From NCBI GenBank assembly GCA_964016885.1, contig OZ024740.1, positions 329,840,001-329,904,000 on the forward strand: a stretch of 64,000 nucleotides of DNA. The letters run 5' to 3'. A program made the translations under genes and the position numbers. Source of the DNA: Eledone cirrhosa (taxonomy: Eukaryota). Shown one piece after another: positions 60,053-64,000 of the stretch. The notes below the pieces were generated by a model. That model did no database searches, was not told where the DNA came from, and saw nothing but the letters and a program-made list of their open reading frames with translations. Every line of letters starts with the position of its first letter. Within the stretch, counting starts at the first letter, position 1.

Positions 60053-60111
60053 TCATCATCATCATCATTTCATTTTACGTTCTCTTTTCCCTGCTTGCAA
60101 GGGTGGGGCGG
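60053..60111 (-). mobile_element. RTE/SINE-type 3' tail fragment
   Basis: Reverse complement acccttgcaagcagggaaaagagaacgtaaaatgaaat(gat)n resembles 33632-33683. Confidence 0.65.
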
Positions 60112-62010
60112 GAAATGATTCTGTATGGGCTTCGAAAAGATCATAAAACGCGCAGTGACCCTGTCGCGGGACCACCAAAACGGCCAGTCTGTGGAGCTAA
60201 CATTGCTAGTAACTACAGACTGTCCTACTTCCTCTCCCTGATCATACGCCCCATCATTGAAATGTCCCCAGATGTATGTGACAGCACGGAGGACTTCCTC
60301 AGCAGAATCGGCGTGGGTAACCAATCTAGGGACCTAACAAACTGCATAATAGGTAGTATGGATGTTGTGTCCCTGTATCCATCTATTGACGTGGATTTTG
60401 CTGTGGAGAAATGCGTAGAAATGATCAGTGAGAGCAATGTTGAGTTCGGTGGGATTGATACCAGTGAGCTGGGACTCCTACTTAAACTTACCTATAGTAA
60501 TAATTACCTAGACACATATGACCTTAGCAACCTGTGCCCTACAAGACCAGCAAGAGGCAGACCACCTACCATTACCTCAATGGCCAGGAAAACCCACACA
60601 GATAGATGGAACGGGTGGACCAGAGCCAAACGGACACCCGAAAACCACGATGAACTGAAGAAAATGATTGCACATGCAGTAGGGGCCAGCATAAAACTAA
60701 CCCTTAAGGAACATATGTTCAAATTTAATGGAAAAACATATGCCCAAGAGGAAGGAACAGCCATTGGTGTTAGCATTGCAGGCGACATAGCTAACTTATT
60801 CATGGTATGGTGGGACAATAGACTTAAAATTAAACTTAAAGAAAAATTAGAAGACCCCTTAACCCTGATAATGTACTCCCGCTACGTTGATGATATAAAC
60901 ATCGTGGTTAAGACATCCCCACTAGAGAACAGTCAGGAACTAGAGAAAAACACAATGGAAAGCATCCATCAAATAGCTAACTCCGTCCACCAGAGCATTA
61001 GAGTTACTATAGACTACCCAAGTAAACACCCCAACCATCGATTACCTGTACTAGACACAGAGCTCTGGTTAGATACCATTAATAACAAAAAACAAATCCT
61101 CCATTCCCATTATGCCAAACCCATGAATTCCAAACATCTGATCCACCGAAACTCGGCCGTTTCGGACCATACCAAAATCAACATACTGATTGCGGATTTG
61201 GTATGGGTGATGAGAAACGTGTCCCGCATGTGCAACCCCGAAGAACTAGAGAGACACATACAACACTTCATCCACCGTATGCAGTTCTCTGGCTACAATC
61301 AGACAACATAAAATCAGAGTGTATAGAGGAGCCAGAATTAAATGGGAAAAAATGGTAAGTAATGACATAAATGGGACCTGCCCCTTGTATAGAAGCATAT
61401 TTTGGAATAGAATAGAAAGAACTAGGAATAAGGCTAATAGAATAAACTCATGGTATGATAGCAATAAATACCAGAGTGTAATGTTCATCGATACAACCCC
61501 TAGAGGTGAATTAGCTTACACATTTAGAAGGGCCCTAAATAAACATAAACTCAATATTAAGATAGTAGAAAGACCAGGTACCTCCGTAAAAACACTTATT
61601 AGCCAGACATACCCTTTCCAAAGACACTCATGTATAGATAAGAAATGTATAACCTGTAAAATAAGACACCATATTAACTGTAAAACTAGAAATGTAGTGT
61701 ATAGCATAAGATCTACTGAAGGACAATGTAGAGACAAAAATATAGTGTACATAGGTGAGGCAGATCGTAGTGTAGGGGAACGGATAAATGAACACTGGCG
61801 AGACCTTCAAGATAGTAAAGAATCATCTGACTCTACCAACATGCTAAAATAGAACACAAGGGTAAATTAGAGAACATAGAAATAAAAATAGAATCTACAC
61901 ACAGAAAGGACGCAATGTTTAGACAAATTACAGAGGCAATAAACATAAAAGAATTACAACCAAAATTAAATAGAAAATATGAGTGGAACAGCAACATCAC
62001 AACTTACAAT
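60112..62010 (+). pseudogene. PLE RT plus GIY-YIG ORF with few disruptions
   Basis: LYGLRKDHK, RPV, SMDVVSLYPSI, GTAIG..IANLFM, RYVDD, LPVLD, CIDKKCITC, VVY..YIGE..ERINEH, RQITEAINI..LNRKYEW; stop at 61309 and a frameshift near 61830. Confidence 0.9.
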
Positions 62011-62330
62011 TAAGGACAAAATGAAAACACACACACACATAGAACAAACAACCAACCAGTAACATGTAAATAAACAAATAAATAAGTGAACATAAACACA
62101 CACAGACATCCGGATGTGGCGCATGCGCAGACTGAGCACACAACACACACACAGAAACAAAATGGCGTAGGACAGAACAAAGGAGAGGCACAGAAACAAA
62201 GAAAGGAATCCCCATTCACTGAAGAGGTCACAACGTGTGTGACGAAAGAACTATGACTATATATAAACAACTATCTGGTTGTGGAACCAACCAACCAACC
62301 AGAAATTTATAAATTTATAAATTTATCATA
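60112..62330 (+). mobile_element. Neptune-type PLE, 5'-truncated; HHR at 62214-62260
   Basis: RT followed by GIY-YIG and a pLTR with CTGAAGA-g GTCAC..GTGAC-GAAA. Confidence 0.9.
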
Positions 62331-62489
62331 AATTTATTATAATAAATTGAAGTGAAAGCATCTGGTGCGTGTGTTTCTTATTGGCAACATGACCCTCCCA
62401 AAGTATAACAATATCGGTTTCAACACACGATTTCAGATAAAGAATCTTGCTAAACAAATTCAGAAACGAAATATATATATATATATATA

Positions 62490-64000
62490 TAGTAATAATA
62501 ATAAAATTGAAGACTAAAATCCGATGAGGAAAATATATATCAAATATATAAGAACCGTAGAGCAAATATTTATTAAAATAACAGATTAATGTTTAAGCAA
62601 AGAATCGCTGCTTTCACCCTTAATGGGATGTTCTGAAACTAACAAAGTCAATCTGTAAACGCAGAACTGGATATTTCAAAAAACGTTGCCACCGGCGGAA
62701 GACAAGAAGACGATTCTTTGGTTCGTGGGAACGTTCGCTGGCAAAGAACGTGAAAAAACGAATAATACATCATTAATAGGAGCGGTGAAAAACAATTACG
62801 CGCAAAGACAGAACCACGTTTATGGTATAAAAGAGGTCGTAGACTAATGTTCTCTTAGGTGGTGCATAGAGACGTTCTCTGGCAATGAACGAAAAAACGA
62901 AGATAATAAGTCATATGTGGACCGTGGAGAACAATAGCACGCAAAGACAAAACCACGTAAATGGTATAGCAGAAGTTGTAGACTAAAATTCTAACTAGGA
63001 GACCAAATGAATCTCCGCTACAGAGTTAAGAACAAAGTAAATAAATACAATACAGAAGTAATAGAAACAAATAAATACATACACGCAAACAGATACGTAC
63101 ATACACAAGCATACGCAAAACCTTACCATAGGTATACAAAACCACGCACATATAAATGTGTGTGTGTATGCTTGTGTACAAATAAATAAATAATTATATA
63201 AACGTATATAAGTAAATAAATACGTATATAACAAGCGCACACACATACCTTCAAATAAATACACGAATGTTCGGAGACGTAAGTCAACATAAACAAGAAG
63301 TACACATATACACACACCCACCATACGTACCAACCTGCATACTCACGCAGACGCAAAACTCCCGTATACATATATCCAAACCCTAAACACCAGAATATGT
63401 AAAGATTATACGCCATAACAGTCAAATATACGTACGAGAAGGTATACCTACCTTCACAAAAGATACGGGTAATATATACTTACCTATGCATATAAGTAAA
63501 GGAATAAACAAAACATATACTTAGCTCCCACATCAAGACGTAAAATATTCAGGTATAGATCGTGCTATCCGTTAGGGTATAACGTGGGGCTGTAATACAT
63601 GAAAGTTTTGTGCAATTTATGTTTACAAGCCGAAATTGCCTCAGATTTTTGTTTAAGATGTGTTCTGTGGCGTAGAGTATTTCCAGGGCCTCAGCGGCGC
63701 AGAGGTTACATGGTCTTTTATTTCCGTTATACGATCTAGCCCTAGCTAGGATCTCCCAGTGTAACTTATATGTGAAGTGGTTGTCTTTTAGACTCCAGAT
63801 ATAAGCTGAAAGTGACGTCATATTCCTTCTTAGAGGGTAAAGAAAAGAATGGGTATGCATGTAAAGACGCTGCTTGAAACTATTGGCGGTTAACCCTCTG
63901 TAGGCCCTACGGGACGTGGGTGTTACAACCTTACATTTGTAGACAATGTTACTAGAGAGGTATTTCCCGGATAGGGGGCAATCAGCCCGATTCCTACAAT
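62490..64000 (-). mobile_element. Naiad-type PLE family B copy (GIY-YIG plus pLTR), running off the window; HHR at 62590-62640
   Basis: Reverse-complement match to 49918-51447. Confidence 0.93.

Overview
AT-rich, microsatellite-dense eukaryotic DNA, most likely an octopod cephalopod (inferred from the tRNA-SINE and RTE 3' tails). It looks intronic or intergenic: I cannot confidently call any host gene, and most listed ORFs are microsatellite artefacts. The window is dominated by decayed retroelements. Penelope-like elements (PLEs) of Naiad type (DKT, YRDD, CxC-x5-C-x5-C plus GIY-YIG) and Neptune type (C-x4-CxxC plus GIY-YIG) are the most common. RTE, CR1-like, Tx1/L1-like and CRE-like LINE fragments, a Tc1/mariner remnant and tRNA-SINEs are also present. 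The main pattern is that about a dozen PLE insertions from unrelated families, 0.2-5.6 kb long, sit in (TA)n as head-to-head palindromes with both 3' ends pointing outward. One arm reaches the true 3' end, the other stops at a reused internal AT-rich site, and the inversion junction often lies inside the hammerhead ribozyme (HHR). About 20 HHR motifs can be read by eye, including U3-A8 and U4A core variants and a 321-bp tandem retrozyme-like array. Family letters A-H are my own labels, and coordinates are hand-read and approximate.
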